A stretch of DNA of 64,000 nt. It comes from Mobula birostris. Taxonomy: Eukaryota. Under the pieces are notes generated by a model. The model was not told the DNA's origin, searched no databases, and saw only the letters and a program-made list of their open reading frames with translations. A program made the position numbers and the translations under genes. Positions 61,875 through 64,000 of the stretch are shown in pieces. Location: contig NC_092381.1 of the NCBI RefSeq assembly GCF_030028105.1, positions 46,663,474 through 46,727,473 on the forward strand, written 5' to 3'. How positions within the stretch are numbered: the first letter of the stretch is position 1; each line of letters begins with the position of its first letter.

Positions 61875-62720
61875 AAGTTCAAAGTACGTTTATGTTAGCA
61901 TATACTACCCTGAGATTTATTTTCTTGTAGGCATTCAGAGTAGAACAAAGAAATACAGCAGAATCAATGAAAAACTACACACAAACATGGACAAACAATC
62001 TACGTGCAGAAGAAGACACACAGTGCAAACACAAAATAAATAAATAAACTGAGAACACGATTTGTAGAGTCCTTGAAAGTGAATCCCTTGGTTGTGGAAT
62101 TGGCTCAGTGCTGAGGTGGGTGAAGTTAATCATGCGGGGTTAGGAGCCTGGTGATTGAAGGATAATAGCTGTTCTGAATGTGGAGGTGTGGGATCTAATG
62201 CTCCTGTACCTCCTTCTTGTTTGCAGTATTAAAAAGGAAGCACGGTCTGGATGGTGCGCATCTTTGATAATAGATATTACTTTCTTGTGGCAACACTCCT
62301 TGTACATGTGCTCAATGGTGGTGAGGGTTTTTCCTGTATTGGGCTAGGCCATATCCACTACTTTTTGTAGGCTTTTCCATATCAGGCCATGATCAGGATA
62401 ATCTCTACTGTGCATTGTCAGAAGTTTGTCAAGGTTTTAGAATGACATGCTGAATCTGCTCAAACCTCTAAGAAAGTAGAGGTGCTTCTTTGAAATGGTA
62501 CTTATGTGCTGCTTCCAAGGCAGATCCTCTGAAATGGTAACATCAGGGAATTTAAAGTTGCTGACCCTCTCCAACTCTGGTCTCCTAATGAGCACTGGCT
62601 CATGGACCTCCAGTTTCTACCGGAGGTCCATGAGCCAATAATCAGCTCTTTGATCTTGCTGACGTTGAGTGAGAGGTTACTGTTGTGGCACCATTCAATG
62701 AGATTCTTAGTATCCCTCCT
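61875..62720 (-). mobile_element. Rex1 3' fragment
   Basis: WCHNSNLSLNVSKIKELI on minus; tail similar to 48250-48449. Confidence 0.7.
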
Positions 62721-62999
62721 AGATATGATCCAGAACCCTACAAGAAGTTCGGGTATGACCTACAGATGCCAGTATAAGCATGTGGGAGTGTTTGAAGTTA
62801 GAGCTGCAACCGGATGCACATCAGCTGTTGCAGGCTTTGCATGCCATTACTTCCTATAAAACCTAAAACATAAATGGCTCTGATGCTTCTCTCCCATTTG
62901 AGTTCAAATCCTTTCATGCATATTTTGAAAGGGAGCAGAATATTACCCTTGTACAAATTCACACAGCATCTAGCAACCTGCAGTCTTTGTCTTGAAGAT

Positions 63000-63290
63000 C
63001 GATATTAGATCATCCTTTGAGAGGGTGAGCCCTCACAAGCCATCAGGCCTGACGGCGTACCTGCAGGATGCTGAAAATCTGTTCTGACCAGCTGGTGGGA
63101 GTAATCAGTATGACACCTGTTGCAGCTGGGTGCTTGCACCTGCTTCAAACGGGCAGCAATCAGACTGATGCCTAAGCAGAGCATGGTGACCTGCTTCAAT
63201 AACTATCCATCAGATCTACAGTGAAGAAGTGCTCTGAGAGGTTTGACATGTCTAGAATTAATTCCTGCCTGAAGAAGAACCTGGAACCAC
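63000..63290 (+). mobile_element. Degenerate Rex1 RT fragment
   Basis: Similar to 49065-49370. Confidence 0.6.
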
Positions 63291-63536
63291 AGATGCAAAA
63301 CAAAGAAATATTACAAGATACTGGAGTGATAATAAATCTGATTCTGTTAACTATCCATGGTAAAGCTATTTTGCTGATATAACTAGTACAAGTAATTCAA
63401 AGTCTTTGAAGCATTTTTGAGTAACGTACAGAGATATAAAGGAAAATATCCACAGAAGCAAGCCTAGAGCTTTCATCATATGTCGTTTGGATTTTAAATG
63501 ATATGTGAGTGATAGAAAATAATCATGTTCAGAGCC

Positions 63537-63620
63537 ATCCTGATGAAGGGTCTCGGCCCAAAACATCGGCTGTTTACTCTTTTCCAGCTGCCCAGCCTGC
63601 TGAGTTCCTCCAGCATTTTG
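63537..63620 (+). mobile_element. Penelope terminal-repeat fragment
   Basis: CCTGATGAAGGGTCTCGGCCCAAAACATC...CTGCTGAGTTCCTCCAGCATTTTG. Confidence 0.75.
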
Positions 63621-63639
63621 TATATAGTATATTGATAAA

Positions 63640-63970
63640 GATGAAAGATTAGCTTTATTTGCCACGGGTACATCGAAACATACAGTGAAATGTGCCATTT
63701 GTGTGTGCAAACAGCCAACGTAGATCACGGTTTGTGCTCGGGGCCGCCCTCAGGTGTCGACATGCTTCTGCTGCCAACGTAGCATTTCTACAACTCACTA
63801 ACTCCAACTGTACATCTCTAGAATGTGGGAGGAAAGCAAAGTATCTGGAGGAAACCCATACGGTCATGAGGAGAATGTATAAATTCCTTACAGACAGCAG
63901 TGGGAATTGAACCTCAATCAGTGGTTGGTCACGCTGTGAAGCCCGAACTGCTATGCTACTGCGCTGCCAT
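63640..63970 (-). mobile_element. V-SINE-like element
   Basis: Minus-strand tRNA-like head and V core. Confidence 0.7.
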
Positions 63971-64000
63971 TTGAACTTGCTTTCGTAGTTCAGGTCATAG

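Noticed and set aside
51472-64000. RAB3B next exon (DTAGQERY...) and read-through of ORF 51244-51507
   Set aside because: The exon was not found in the window; residues after QIW are intronic.

Overview
Vertebrate genomic DNA. The repeat families present (HER1-like CR1 LINEs, HE1/V-SINEs, Penelope-like tails) suggest a cartilaginous fish, probably a ray; this is inference. Host genes: (1) a complete 7-exon TXNDC12 (ERp18) on +, CDS 13886-25628, 507 nt, 168 aa, with signal peptide, CGAC active site and C-terminal TDEF; (2) the first coding exon of a RAB3 gene at 51244-51471, RAB3B by diagnostic residues and human synteny, with a likely CpG promoter and non-coding exon 1 near 36.6-36.9 kb; (3) a CpG promoter with a minus-strand non-coding first exon near 0.5 kb, possibly BTF3L4 by synteny only. 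Most of the rest is transposable elements: CR1, Rex1/Babar, L1, Penelope-like, RTE-derived and tRNA SINEs, and hAT, Tigger and mariner DNA elements, plus minisatellites and a 142-N gap. The most notable observations are a TIR/TSD-bounded hAT element whose transposase N-terminus is an in-frame Tigger/pogo DNA-binding domain, minimal hammerhead-ribozyme motifs in the Penelope-like tails, and short fold-back Penelope-derived insertions with 16-bp TSDs. No new multi-gene system is demonstrated. TE boundaries without TSDs are approximate.
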